Assembly (NCBI GenBank): GCA_963798185.1
Contig: CAWCSJ010000013.1
Coordinates: 217,628 to 281,627 of the forward strand
Source: an uncultured Acidobacteriaceae bacterium
Lineage (GTDB): Bacteria > Acidobacteriota > Terriglobia > Terriglobales > Acidobacteriaceae
Length of the DNA stretch: 64,000 nucleotides
Reading direction: 5' to 3'
In this document: positions 46,382 through 56,191 of the stretch, piece by piece
How positions within the stretch are numbered: the stretch's first letter is position 1
Layout of the letters: each line of letters starts with the position of its first letter
The notes under the pieces: generated by a model
What the model saw: the letters and a program-made list of their open reading frames with translations, nothing else
Database searches by the model: none
Told to the model about the DNA's origin: nothing
Made by a program: the position numbers and the translations under genes

Positions 46382-47952
46382 TGCTGTTCCGCTCCTTTGC
46401 TGACCGCCGGACCCGCCTGATTAGTCGCCGTTTGCGTTTGAATGATTCCGACCGTGCGATTGGTGTCGGCGAAAACCTGGTTTGACACGCGCCGAATGTC
46501 AGCTTTGGTCACTTTGTCCACGCGGTCGAGATAACGGAACAACTCGCGCCAATCGCCATAGCGAGTCTGGTAGCTCGCCAGCTGTTGCGCAAGACCTTCG
46601 TTACTGGCGAGCCCGCGAATCAGGTCGGCCTTGGTGCGCGTTTTGAACATCTGCAATTCTTCGTCGCTGACGTCCTGCGTCTTCAGCTTCACAATCTCTT
46701 CGTGCACCGCCTTTTGCACCTCATCGTTGGTATGGCCGGGCAAGGGGACGCCATAGAACGCAAACAGGTGGCTGTACTTTATTCCTGGAAAGCCGGTAAA
46801 TCCGGCCGCGACGGCGGCGATCTTTTTGTCGCGAACCAGCGAGCGATACAACCGCGAGATGCGGCCATTCGACAGAATGTCGCTGATGGCGTCGTACACC
46901 GCATCATCTGGCGCGAGATAGCTGGGCCGATGGTAGCCCTCCAGGTAGAAAGGCTGCGAAGGATCAAGCAGCGTGACCTCGCGCACCGAGTTCTGGGGCG
47001 CTTCCGCGGTGACCGGCTCTTCCGGCTTGGAGGTTGTCGAGAGCCGGCCAAAATATTTTTCCACGATGGGGAAGACCTGCTCGGGAGTTAGATCGCCAAC
47101 CAAGCCGATCACCATATTGCTGGGCACGTAATAACGTTGGAAGAATTCCGCCGCGTCCGTCGCGGAAAAGCTCAGCAAATCGGAAGCGTAGCCGATGGTT
47201 GGCCGATGGTAGGGATTCGCCATGAAGGCCGTCCCCAGAAACTGTTCGACCAGCCGTCCGGTAGGCTGGCTATCGGTGCGCATGCGCCGCTCCTCCATCA
47301 CCACGCTGCGTTCCTTGTAAAACTCGCGCATCACAGGATGTCCCAGGCGGTCCGATTCCAGCGCCGCCCACAGCTCGATCATGTTCGACGGCATGGAATA
47401 CATGTAGGCGGTCTCGTCGTAGTTGGTGAACGCGTTGACGCCCACGCCACCGTGGCTCTCCAGGATTTCGCCGAATTGGTTCTGGATCACGTACTTGTCG
47501 GCTTCTTTGATCGCTTGCTCCCAGGCGGCCTTCAACTGGGCCAGCTTCTTCGGGTCCTGACCTACTCGCTTGATGCGCTCGGCCTCGTAAGCTGCGTAGG
47601 CTTGCTCAACTTTTTCCAGCGCTGGCTTCTCCGCAGCGTAATCCTTGGTGCCGATGTCCGGCGTCCCCTTGAAGGCCATGTGCTCCATCATGTGCGCCAG
47701 ACCGGTCTTGTGTAGTGGGTCCTGCGCCGAGCCGGCGTCAACCAGTGTGAAGAACGAAAATACCGGGGCTTCGGGCCGTCGCCAAAGGACGACCGTCAAG
47801 CCGTTCGGTAGGATCTTCACCGACACTCGTTTTTCGTACGACGACAGGTCCTGCGCCGCCAGAGGCAGAGCGGTTATTAGAAGAAGCAGGCAGGTCAATG
47901 TGGCAAACCAGCGTTTCATCGTGCCTCCGTTAGGGCAGACGTCAGTATGCAT
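46378..47952 (-). CDS. M16-family zinc peptidase (pitrilysin type), catalytic subunit
   Basis: 524 aa with a signal peptide. Inverted zinc motif HMMEH in GLAHMMEHMAFKGT. 4-nt overlap with the partner gene. Confidence 0.85.
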   Translation of the reverse strand: MHTDVCPNGGTMKRWFATLTCLLLLITALPLAAQDLSSYEKRVSVKILPNGLTVVLWRRPEAPVFSFFTLVDAGSAQDPLHKTGLAHMMEHMAFKGTPDIGTKDYAAEKPALEKVEQAYAAYEAERIKRVGQDPKKLAQLKAAWEQAIKEADKYVIQNQFGEILESHGGVGVNAFTNYDETAYMYSMPSNMIELWAALESDRLGHPVMREFYKERSVVMEERRMRTDSQPTGRLVEQFLGTAFMANPYHRPTIGYASDLLSFSATDAAEFFQRYYVPSNMVIGLVGDLTPEQVFPIVEKYFGRLSTTSKPEEPVTAEAPQNSVREVTLLDPSQPFYLEGYHRPSYLAPDDAVYDAISDILSNGRISRLYRSLVRDKKIAAVAAGFTGFPGIKYSHLFAFYGVPLPGHTNDEVQKAVHEEIVKLKTQDVSDEELQMFKTRTKADLIRGLASNEGLAQQLASYQTRYGDWRELFRYLDRVDKVTKADIRRVSNQVFADTNRTVGIIQTQTATNQAGPAVSKGAEQQ

Positions 47953-48101
47953 ACGTTAAAAAGTTACAGATAAGGACGCGCAAGTCAAACTGAGGACAGC
48001 AAACATGCCGGCGCATTCTAGGGAACCTCTCGACATTGCTTGGCAAGTTGCATACTTTGCGGCTCAACCTGCATCATTCCTGTGCAGCCTAGCGAGGAGA
48101 C

Positions 48102-49169
48102 ATGGCCAAAGAGACTGTGGTTGACATCGAAGGGAAGCACCTGAAGCTGTCGAACCTGGATAAGGTGTTGTATCCAGAAGCCGGATTCACCAAGGGGCAG
48201 GTGATCGACTATTACGTGCGCATAGCGCCGGTGCTGCTGCCGCACTTGCGCGGACGCCCGCTGACCATGAAGCGCTATCCCAACGGCGTGAGTGGGCAAT
48301 TTTTTTACGAAAAAAATTGTCCCGCGCATCGTCCCGAGTGGGTGCAAACCGCAAAGGTGTGGAGCGAGGGCAATAACCGTTGGATGGACTACTGCATGGT
48401 GCAGGACCTGGCGACGCTGGTTTGGGCGGCAAATCTGGCCGACCTCGAGTTGCACACCAGTCTGTCGTTAGCCAAAGACGTCCTGCAGCCAGCATTTCTT
48501 GTTTTCGATCTCGACCCGGGTCCGCCGGCGAACATCGTGCAATGTTGCCAGGTCGGTCTGTGGGTGCGTGACATCTTTGCCCAACTAAAATTGCAAAGTT
48601 TCGCAAAGACATCGGGATCAAAAGGCCTGCAGGTCTACGTTCCGCTGAACACTGCCGTTACCTACGACCACACCAAGTCCTTTGCGCATGAGCTGGCTCG
48701 ATTGCTGGAGCGGCAGCATCCGCAGCTGGTCGTCTCAGATATGAAGAAGGCGTTGCGCACTGGCAAGGTGCTGGTTGATTGGAGCCAGAACGACGATCAC
48801 AAGACGACGATATGCGTGTACTCGTTGCGCGCCAAAGAACGGCCGACGGTTTCAACGCCAGTGAAGTGGGAGGAAGTTGAGACCTGCTTGAGGAAGGGCG
48901 ATGCGAGTCTTCTGGTGTTTGAATCGGACGAAGTGTTGTCGCGAGTGAAAAAGTATGGGGACCTGTTCGAGCCGGTACTCAAGCTGAAGCAGAAACTGCC
49001 GCCGGTTGGGACGCAGCAGCAGGTGCAGGTAGGAGCGGCTGCTAAATCCGAAGCTGCGACAAGACGCGCGCCGGCGCCGGCTGCGCCGACGAAGAAAACC
49101 GCTGCCACGCGTGCCAAGGGTAAATCCGGCAATACCAAGAAGGCGTCTTCGGCACGCAAACGCGTGTGA
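48102..49169 (+). CDS. stand-alone LigD polymerase/primase (PolDom) domain protein with a Lys/Ala-rich tail
   Basis: LKLSNLDKVLYPEAGFTKGQVIDYY, RYPNGV, FFYEKN and DLDP blocks. The C-terminal 60 aa or so are rich in K, A, T and R. Confidence 0.8.
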   Translation: MAKETVVDIEGKHLKLSNLDKVLYPEAGFTKGQVIDYYVRIAPVLLPHLRGRPLTMKRYPNGVSGQFFYEKNCPAHRPEWVQTAKVWSEGNNRWMDYCMVQDLATLVWAANLADLELHTSLSLAKDVLQPAFLVFDLDPGPPANIVQCCQVGLWVRDIFAQLKLQSFAKTSGSKGLQVYVPLNTAVTYDHTKSFAHELARLLERQHPQLVVSDMKKALRTGKVLVDWSQNDDHKTTICVYSLRAKERPTVSTPVKWEEVETCLRKGDASLLVFESDEVLSRVKKYGDLFEPVLKLKQKLPPVGTQQQVQVGAAAKSEAATRRAPAPAAPTKKTAATRAKGKSGNTKKASSARKRV

Positions 49170-49185
49170 TACTGTTTCCAGCGCA

Positions 49186-49998
49186 ATGAGCGAACCCAGC
49201 AACCAAAAGAACGATGCCCAGACCGCTGGAGCGCCAGCCAGCGCAGCAATTCCCGCACCGGACGCTTCAAGTCTCCCGCTCTACGTTGGCACCTCGGGTT
49301 GGGCGTACACCATCTGGAAGCCCGACTTCTATCCCAAAGAAGTTTCGTCAAAAAATTTTCTGAAGTATTACGCGACCCAGCTTACTGCTGTGGAAGTGAA
49401 CTACACGTTTCGCCGCCATTTGACAGAGAAGGCCGCGATGGGATGGATGGCCGATGTCGGTTCGAATTTCCGCTTCGCGCTCAAGGCCAATCAGTACATC
49501 ACGCACATCCGCCGGCTGCAGAACGTGGAAGAGGCGATGCAGCGGTTTCTGCCTACGCTACAGCCGTTGGCTAAACAACTGGGCCCGGTGCTCTTTCAGT
49601 TGCCGCCAACTGCCAAGGCGGATGTCGCCGTGCTGCGTGATTTCCTCTTGCTGCTGCCGACGAATTTCAAAGCTGCATTCGAATTCCGTCATGCGTCATG
49701 GTTCAGCGACGAAATCTATCAGGTCTTGCAGGACCGCAATGTCACGTTGTGCATCGCCGAAACTGAGAAGCTCAATACGCCCGAAATCCGCACCGCCAGC
49801 TACATCTATTTTCGCTTCCGCCAGCCTAGTTACTCGGCCGACGATCTCAAAAAGCTGATTGAGCGCGTGGGCCTCTGCGTCGCCGACGGCTTGGAGACTT
49901 ACGTTTTCTTCAAGCACGAGGAAGATCCGCGCAGCCCGCACAATGCGGTGGATGTCTTGAGGAGCGTGCAGCGAGAGGCCGGAAGCAAGGCGTCGTAA
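49186..49998 (+). CDS. DUF72 (UPF0759, YecE-like) protein
   Basis: ATG at 49186. YVGTSGWAYTIWKPDFYP and VEVNYTFRR are present. Confidence 0.8.
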   Translation: MSEPSNQKNDAQTAGAPASAAIPAPDASSLPLYVGTSGWAYTIWKPDFYPKEVSSKNFLKYYATQLTAVEVNYTFRRHLTEKAAMGWMADVGSNFRFALKANQYITHIRRLQNVEEAMQRFLPTLQPLAKQLGPVLFQLPPTAKADVAVLRDFLLLLPTNFKAAFEFRHASWFSDEIYQVLQDRNVTLCIAETEKLNTPEIRTASYIYFRFRQPSYSADDLKKLIERVGLCVADGLETYVFFKHEEDPRSPHNAVDVLRSVQREAGSKAS

Positions 49999-50028
49999 GG
50001 GAATCGTTTCGCTCCACTTCTTCAAAAA

Positions 50029-50195
50029 CCATTCACCACGGAGGCACGGAGATCACGAAGGTTTATAGGGTCAAGTATCCTCGGTGATCTTCATGTCTCT
50101 CGTGGTGTGCCAGCTTTTTTTCGATCCGTTTCCCAACTCGCAGGTCACAGAGGTTCGTTTCTTCTCTGTGCCCTCTGTGTCTCCGTGGTGAATAA
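50029..50195. repeat. D-type palindromic element (CACCACGGAGGCACGGAGATCACG arms)
   Basis: The left arm at 50030-50060 and the right arm at 50160-50195 are inverted copies. Confidence 0.8.
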
Positions 50196-50227
50196 TTTCT
50201 GCATCCCGCATCTCGCTCGTTATTCCC

Positions 50228-51193
50228 GTGTCGCCCGCCCGCGTTCATACTCATCTCGTGCAGAGTGCCGATCCCAATTTGCGGCTGCTGAACTCCTTTC
50301 TCGACTACCTCAAAGTCGAAAAGGGATTGGCGCCGCTGAGCGTGTCGGCCTATCGCTCCGATCTCGATCAGTACTCGGAATTTCTGCTGAAGCGCAAGTG
50401 CGCCCTGCGCGAGGCACGCCGGCAGGACGTTCGCGACTTCCTCAACGCGTTGCTCTCGAACGGCGTGGATGGGCGCAGCGTGGCACGCAAGCTTTCGGCC
50501 CTGCGGCACTTCTACAAGTACCTGCTGCTGGACCGCTACATCACCGCCGACCCAACGCTGAACATTGATTCGCCGCGGCAGTGGAAGGTTCTGCCGAAAT
50601 CGCTTGCTGCCGATGAGGTCGAGAGCGTACTGCAAGGACCGCCGCGGGCCAAGGACGATCGCCTGTCGCAAGCTTTGACGTCGCGCGATCGGGCGATGCT
50701 GGAAGTGTTCTATGCCGGGGCATTGCGGGTCTCCGAGGTCATCACCCTGAAGTTGGAAGACCTGAAGTTGGAACTGGGATATGTCCTGGTCCGCGGCAAA
50801 GGCGATAAAGAACGCATCGTTCCACTGGGGCATGCTGCGCAGCAAATGGTGCAGCAGTATTTGCAGCATGCGCGTCCGGTGCTGGCAGCGGAGAAGTCGT
50901 CTCCGTTTCTATTCATCGCGCGCGGTGCGCGACCGATAACACGGCAGCGTGTGTGGCAGGTGGTCAACGACGCGTCAGCGCAATCGGCTCGTCATGCCAG
51001 CCCACACATGCTGCGCCACAGTTGCGCCACCCACATGGTGGAGAACGGCGCTGACCTGCGCACAGTGCAAACCATCCTCGGGCACGCTGACATTTCGACC
51101 ACGCAGGTTTATACCCACCTCGCACTTGATCGCCTGAACCGCGTGTACAAAGAGCATCATCCGCGCAGCAAGAGGGCAGGGAAGAGCGCATGA
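50228..51193 (+). CDS. xerD: tyrosine recombinase, XerD-like
   Basis: [43 protein letters not shown] and HHPRS are present. The exact start (GTG 50228) is uncertain. Confidence 0.8.
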   Translation: MSPARVHTHLVQSADPNLRLLNSFLDYLKVEKGLAPLSVSAYRSDLDQYSEFLLKRKCALREARRQDVRDFLNALLSNGVDGRSVARKLSALRHFYKYLLLDRYITADPTLNIDSPRQWKVLPKSLAADEVESVLQGPPRAKDDRLSQALTSRDRAMLEVFYAGALRVSEVITLKLEDLKLELGYVLVRGKGDKERIVPLGHAAQQMVQQYLQHARPVLAAEKSSPFLFIARGARPITRQRVWQVVNDASAQSARHASPHMLRHSCATHMVENGADLRTVQTILGHADISTTQVYTHLALDRLNRVYKEHHPRSKRAGKSA

Positions 51194-52116
51194 CCAAGCG
51201 CGCAATAACCATCGTCGAAAAAGCTGTGGCGCAATTCATTCGTTCGCTGCAGGAGCGCAATGCTTCGCCGCACACCATCAAAGCCTACCGCACCGACCTG
51301 GCGCAGTTCGCCGAATACGTTGGGCCGCAGAAGTGGAGCGACATCGATCATGTGCTGATTCGCGGCTATCTCTCCAGCCTGTACGAGCGAGGGCTGAGCA
51401 AGACGTCGGTGGCGCGCGCGCTGGCGGCATTGCGGTCGCTGTACAAGTGGCTGGCGCAGGAAGGCGAGGTCGAGCAGAATCCGGCGGCGCTGGTCGCCAC
51501 ACCGAGGCTGCCGAAGAAACTTCCGCGCGTGCCCACCATCGAGGAGGTCAACACCGTCCTTGATGCGGCAATGCCCGAGTGTTCGGCATTCACGGAACGC
51601 GATCAGGCGATCCTGGAATTGCTCTACGGCTGCGGCATTCGCAACTCGGAGCTCATCGGCATTAACGTTGACGATATCCGATGGTCCAACGAGCTTATTC
51701 TGGTGCGCGGCAAGGGCCGCAAGGAACGATTCGTCCCGTTTGGCGATTCGGCAAAGGCTGCGGTGCAGGCCTATTTGCCGGCGCGCCAACGGGTGCTGGG
51801 CGAAACCAAGCGCACGACGGAGCGGGCTTTGTTAATCAACCTGCGCGGATCGCGACTTACTACCCGCAGCGTGGGCCGCATCGTGAAGCAGATTGCAGTG
51901 GCGCGCGGACTCTCGCCCGACGTGCATCCCCACACTCTGCGCCACGCATTCGGCACGCACATGCTGGAGGAAGGCGCCGACCTGCGCGCTATCCAGGAGA
52001 TGCTCGGCCATGAACGGCTCTCGACCACCCAGCGTTACACCCAGCTCACCGTCAAGCACGTGATGGAGGTTTACGACCGTACCCATCCGCACGCCAAGGG
52101 CGAACGGGGAGGGTAG
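51190..52116 (+). CDS. xerC: tyrosine recombinase, XerC-like
   Basis: ATGA overlap with xer[24 protein letters not shown] and [13 protein letters not shown] are present. Confidence 0.8.
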   Translation: MTKRAITIVEKAVAQFIRSLQERNASPHTIKAYRTDLAQFAEYVGPQKWSDIDHVLIRGYLSSLYERGLSKTSVARALAALRSLYKWLAQEGEVEQNPAALVATPRLPKKLPRVPTIEEVNTVLDAAMPECSAFTERDQAILELLYGCGIRNSELIGINVDDIRWSNELILVRGKGRKERFVPFGDSAKAAVQAYLPARQRVLGETKRTTERALLINLRGSRLTTRSVGRIVKQIAVARGLSPDVHPHTLRHAFGTHMLEEGADLRAIQEMLGHERLSTTQRYTQLTVKHVMEVYDRTHPHAKGERGG

Positions 52117-52194
52117 GGCAACGCCCCTAAAACTTGGGCCAGCAATCCTCCAGGCCGTGCGCCGCCTGACTGTATAATCTAATTTTCCCCTTCC

Positions 52195-54096
52195 ATGAGT
52201 TACCAGGTTCTGGCGCGCAAATACCGTCCACAAAAGTTCTCCGATGTCATCGGGCAGGAGCACGTCACTCGCACGTTGAAGAACGCCATCACTCAGGGAC
52301 GTATCGCTCACGGCTACATTTTTAGCGGTCACCGCGGCATTGGTAAGACGACCATCGCGCGTATTTTGGCGATGGCGCTCAACTGCCAGTCGCAGGACCA
52401 TCCTGTGCCCGAGCCGTGCGGAGTTTGCGATTCCTGCGTCGAAATCCGCGCCGGCAACTCGGTGGACGTGATCGAGATCGACGCGGCCACCAACCGCGGC
52501 ATCGATGAGATTCGCGAGTTGCGCGAGGCGGCGCGTTATCGCCCGGCGCGCGACCGTTTCAAGATTTACATTCTCGACGAGGCACACCAGATTACCGACG
52601 CGGCCTTCAATGCGCTGCTGAAGACGCTGGAAGAGCCACCCGGCCACATCGTCTTTATGATGGCGACGACCCAGCCAGAGGACATTCCGCAAACCATTCG
52701 CTCGCGCTGCCAGCATTTCAGCTTTCACGCCGTCCGCTTCGACGACATCGTTCAGCAACTGCGCGACATCGCCAAGCAGGAAGGCATCGCATACGACGAC
52801 AATGCGCTGGCCATGCTGGCGGAGGTGGGCGACGGTTCCATGCGCGACGCGCTCAGCATCATGGACCAGGCCATCGCTTGCTGCGGGACTACGCTGAGTG
52901 GCGATGTGGTGCGCGGGCTGGTCGGAACGGTCTCGTCGGATGTGCTGGAAGATGTGATGGACGCGGTTGCGCGCAATTCCACGGCAGATGTTTTGCGGGC
53001 CATTGACCGGCTGCTGGTTGAGGGGCAAAGTGCGCAGCACTTCGCGCGGCAAATGTTGCGCTTCTTGCGGAACGTGATGGTGGCGAAAGTGGCGGGGAGC
53101 GATTCATCGGTGTTGCAGATTTCCTCGGACGAACGGGCGCGGGTGGCGCGCGTGGCAGAACGCTTCAGCGAGGAAGACCTGGCGCGCTTCATGCAGATTA
53201 TGTTGCGCACGCATAGCGATCTGGGCTACAAGCAGGAGCAACGCTTCCATCTGGAGTTGGGATTGCTGAAGCTGGTGCATGCCCAGCGCCTGTTGCCGCT
53301 GGAAGAGTTGCTGAGCGCGGAGGCAGGAAAGACTACTGCGACGGGATCAGTAGCCCGCGCGGGCGGCGCAACACCGCGGCCGGCAGCTTCTCCGACAACG
53401 CGACCGGGCATGACCACCCCGGCCGGAAAAGACGCTAAGCCGCAATCGTCGCGCGCGCCTGCGGAGTCGCCATTCACGAGGCCGTCTCCGTTCGAGGCGG
53501 ACCGCAAGCGCAAGAGCGAACCGAAAGCTGAAGCCTCGCCCGACTTTTCGTCCTCACCGGCAGTTTCTGCTCCGGTGGCCCACTCAACCGTTTCATCAGA
53601 AAAAAATATCTCAGATGGCCATTCCTCGATCGCGGTAGAAACTGGCGTAGCAATTGCGGTTGCGCTCGATCCGGAGCCGGCTCCGCAACCCACCACTAGT
53701 GAGATCTCGGTCGAGTCGGCGCGGGAAGCCGTGCTGGCAGCATTGGAAGATGCCGGCCAGCAGATGTTGGCGCACAACCTGGAAGAAGCGCAGTGGTCGT
53801 TGCAGGGAATCGATGTCACGGTGACCGTTGGCATGTCGCAGGTGCTGATCGATGTGGCGTTGGGGCCCGAACCGAAGCGCGTGATTCAGGCCGCGCTAAG
53901 CAAGGCCACGGGCAGGCCGCTCAGGTTCAAGATGGTGAGCGGCGGTGCGCAGATTGCGCCGAAGCCGGCCGCGCCGCGTCCCAGCAACGGTGCGGGGGCG
54001 CGCAGCCGGGCGGCCGCCGATCCAATCGTGCAGCGTATGCAGGAAAAGTTCGGCGCCGAGATTCGTACGGTCATCGACCACAAAGATCGCGGCTGA
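52195..54096 (+). CDS. dnaX: DNA polymerase III subunit gamma/tau
   Basis: YQVLARKYRPQKF, GHRGIGKTT, zinc module CGVCDSC and ILDEAH. 633 aa. Confidence 0.92.
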   Translation: MSYQVLARKYRPQKFSDVIGQEHVTRTLKNAITQGRIAHGYIFSGHRGIGKTTIARILAMALNCQSQDHPVPEPCGVCDSCVEIRAGNSVDVIEIDAATNRGIDEIRELREAARYRPARDRFKIYILDEAHQITDAAFNALLKTLEEPPGHIVFMMATTQPEDIPQTIRSRCQHFSFHAVRFDDIVQQLRDIAKQEGIAYDDNALAMLAEVGDGSMRDALSIMDQAIACCGTTLSGDVVRGLVGTVSSDVLEDVMDAVARNSTADVLRAIDRLLVEGQSAQHFARQMLRFLRNVMVAKVAGSDSSVLQISSDERARVARVAERFSEEDLARFMQIMLRTHSDLGYKQEQRFHLELGLLKLVHAQRLLPLEELLSAEAGKTTATGSVARAGGATPRPAASPTTRPGMTTPAGKDAKPQSSRAPAESPFTRPSPFEADRKRKSEPKAEASPDFSSSPAVSAPVAHSTVSSEKNISDGHSSIAVETGVAIAVALDPEPAPQPTTSEISVESAREAVLAALEDAGQQMLAHNLEEAQWSLQGIDVTVTVGMSQVLIDVALGPEPKRVIQAALSKATGRPLRFKMVSGGAQIAPKPAAPRPSNGAGARSRAAADPIVQRMQEKFGAEIRTVIDHKDRG

Positions 54097-54110
54097 GATT
54101 GGGAGAGTTC

Positions 54111-54416
54111 ATGGATGGATTCAATTTGCACGAAATGCTGGCGCAGGCGCGCCAGCAGGCAGAGAAGCTGCAAGAAAAAATGCAGCAGGTCACGGTGGAA
54201 GCGTCGTCAGGCGGCGGTAGCGTGACCGTGAAGATGACCGGTCAGAAACAATTGTTGAGCGTGGTGATTGAACCCGAAGTGGTGAAGTCGGGCGACATCG
54301 AAATGCTGCAGGACCTGGTGACCGCCGCGGTCAACGAGGCGTCGCGCAAAGTGGATGACGCGCTGAAAACCAGTCTGGGAGGCATGTTCGGCGGCATGGG
54401 CCTGCCGGGAATGTGA
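54111..54416 (+). CDS. ybaB: YbaB/EbfC-family nucleoid-associated protein
   Basis: ATG 54111 follows GGGAGAG. SSGGGSVTVKMTGQKQLLSVVIEPE is typical. Sits in the conserved dnaX-ybaB-recR order. Confidence 0.88.
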   Translation: MDGFNLHEMLAQARQQAEKLQEKMQQVTVEASSGGGSVTVKMTGQKQLLSVVIEPEVVKSGDIEMLQDLVTAAVNEASRKVDDALKTSLGGMFGGMGLPGM

Positions 54417-54423
54417 GGGTGGT

Positions 54424-54592
54424 TTTCACCACAGAGACACAGAGACACAGAAATTGTTTTTCACCACGGAGGCCACGGAGATCACGGAGTTTATTGTTTT
54501 CTTGTTTTGTTCTCTGTTCTTCAGGGCCCTCCGTGTTCTCCCTGGTGAAGAAATTCTTCTTTGCGCCTGTGCCTGAGTGTCTCCGTGATAAG
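54424..54592. repeat. D-type palindromic element
   Basis: TTCACCACAGAGACACAGAGACACAG and TTCACCACGGAGGCCACGGAGATCACGGAG, followed by inverted partners CCCTCCGTGTTCTCCCTGGTGAAG and GTGTCTCCGTGAT. Confidence 0.8.
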
Positions 54593-54618
54593 AAAAATCA
54601 AGCAGTGGAGGCCGTGTA

Positions 54619-55218
54619 GTGTCGAGATTTGCCGAACCGATGGTTCGACTGATTGATGAATTGAAGAAGCTGCCCGGAGTGGGCGGCAAAAGCGCGCAGC
54701 GCTTCGCTTTTTACATCCTGCGCTCCAGCGATGAGGATGCCGAGTTGCTGGCCAATGCCATTCGCGAAGTGAAGGCCAGCCTGCGCCTGTGCTCGGTGTG
54801 CAACAACATCACCGACGTCGATCCTTGCACCTACTGCACCAGCGCGACCCGCAATCTGCGGCTGGTTTGCGTGGTCGAAGAGCCCACCAACATCGCCGCG
54901 GTTGAGAAAACGCGGCACTACAACGGCGTTTACCACGTGCTGCACGGCGCGCTGTCGCCGCTGCATGGCATTGGTCCCGACCAGTTGCGCATCAAGAACC
55001 TGGTGAAACGAGTGGAGTCGGGTGATGTGGACGAATTAATCGTCGCGACCAATCCTACAGTGGAGGGCGAAGCCACAGCGACTTACCTTTCGCGATTGTT
55101 CAAGTCGGCGTCGGTAAGGGTCACCCGCATTGCCACCGGCGTGCCAGTCGGCAGCGATATCGAGTATGCCGATGAAGTCACTATGCAGAAGGCGATGGAG
55201 GGGCGGCGAGAGCTATAG
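54619..55218 (+). CDS. recR: recombination protein RecR
   Basis: GTG start. [14 protein letters not shown] (HhH), the C4 zinc finger CSVC...CTYC and a Toprim region. Confidence 0.92.
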   Translation: MSRFAEPMVRLIDELKKLPGVGGKSAQRFAFYILRSSDEDAELLANAIREVKASLRLCSVCNNITDVDPCTYCTSATRNLRLVCVVEEPTNIAAVEKTRHYNGVYHVLHGALSPLHGIGPDQLRIKNLVKRVESGDVDELIVATNPTVEGEATATYLSRLFKSASVRVTRIATGVPVGSDIEYADEVTMQKAMEGRREL

Positions 55219-55304
55219 AACCCGGGCCCTGTTTTGTCAGCCCACCCGGCCGGTGCAATGCCGCTGCAACTGGACAAGCTACTCTCCAGCTGATCGGAGC
55301 TGCA

Positions 55305-55628
55305 TTACGTCCCGAGAAGATTGGTCAGCTTGGTCAGCTTAAATAAGTCTTTGACGAGGGGCGACAGATTAACGAACTCCAAAGTACAGTATGCCGCCGA
55401 GGCTGCCGAGACCTTCAAGCCGACGAGGGTGCCCAACCCGGAGCTGTCCACGAAGTTGACGTCGTTGAGGTCGAGAACAATCCGGCGGCATTTCGGTATC
55501 ATCGGCTTCACGAGTTGCTTGAGTTCGTCCGCGGTGTCGGCCACGATTCTGCCGTGACATTTCACCGTGGTGTTATCTCCCGAAATTTCCACTTCGTAGC
55601 TAAAACCCCGTGCGGCTGGGGACTCCAT
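55305..55628 (-). CDS. STAS-domain anti-sigma-factor antagonist
   Basis: ATG 55628 has GGAGGA upstream. LDLNDVNFVDSSGLGTLV motif. 107 aa. Confidence 0.8.
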   Translation of the reverse strand: MESPAARGFSYEVEISGDNTTVKCHGRIVADTADELKQLVKPMIPKCRRIVLDLNDVNFVDSSGLGTLVGLKVSAASAAYCTLEFVNLSPLVKDLFKLTKLTNLLGT

Positions 55629-55722
55629 ACATTTCCTCCGAACAACCTGCCGAGATTGTCCATCCTCCACAGAAGGGAAGCGGGCGTGCAATTGATAATT
55701 GGCTATTGTAGTAGAGAAGCCC

Positions 55723-56139
55723 CTATTTCTCGCCGATTTTTTCGAAATATCCGTTGATCGCGTCGCCCCACTCCTGACCTGCTCTTGCATCCTCGTCGGC
55801 CAATTGCTGAACATGAGCGTTGGCTTTAGGCGCCAGCGCCGTGCGTTCATACACCACAGTAACTCCGGTCTTCTGCGCGCTCTCTCGCGTCAAGTTAATG
55901 TCGATCAGCGTGGTCATGGTCTCGTAGATTACGTACACGTACTGAACATGTCCAGCCGCCAGATCGAACGCGGTATTCACCCACACGCTGGTGAATTGTC
56001 CCTTCGGCACGGTGAACACCATGCCCGGCTGATCGCGCGCGGGAGTTGGATAGATGAACTTCGGATCCCATCCGGGTGCCCACTTGCGCTCCTCCAAGGC
56101 GCCAAACAGCGGCGCGACCTGGTCGAACGGCGCGTCCAC
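55723..56139 (-). CDS. SRPBCC/START-like protein (N-terminus uncertain)
   Basis: 138 aa from GTG 56139. The frame stays open 14 codons further upstream (to 56181) with no ATG, GTG or TTG in that stretch. Confidence 0.55.
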   Translation of the reverse strand: MDAPFDQVAPLFGALEERKWAPGWDPKFIYPTPARDQPGMVFTVPKGQFTSVWVNTAFDLAAGHVQYVYVIYETMTTLIDINLTRESAQKTGVTVVYERTALAPKANAHVQQLADEDARAGQEWGDAINGYFEKIGEK

Positions 56140-56191
56140 CCCAAAGCTGAATTCGGTACGGGTGTGGAAGGAGGTTTCGGCTGAAATTGCC

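Noticed and set aside
52117-52194. Looked for an SRP (4.5S) RNA gene upstream of dnaX, a common location in other bacteria.
   Set aside because: The spacer is only 78 nt and lacks the conserved SRP domain IV motif (GGAA tetraloop with flanking symmetric loop).
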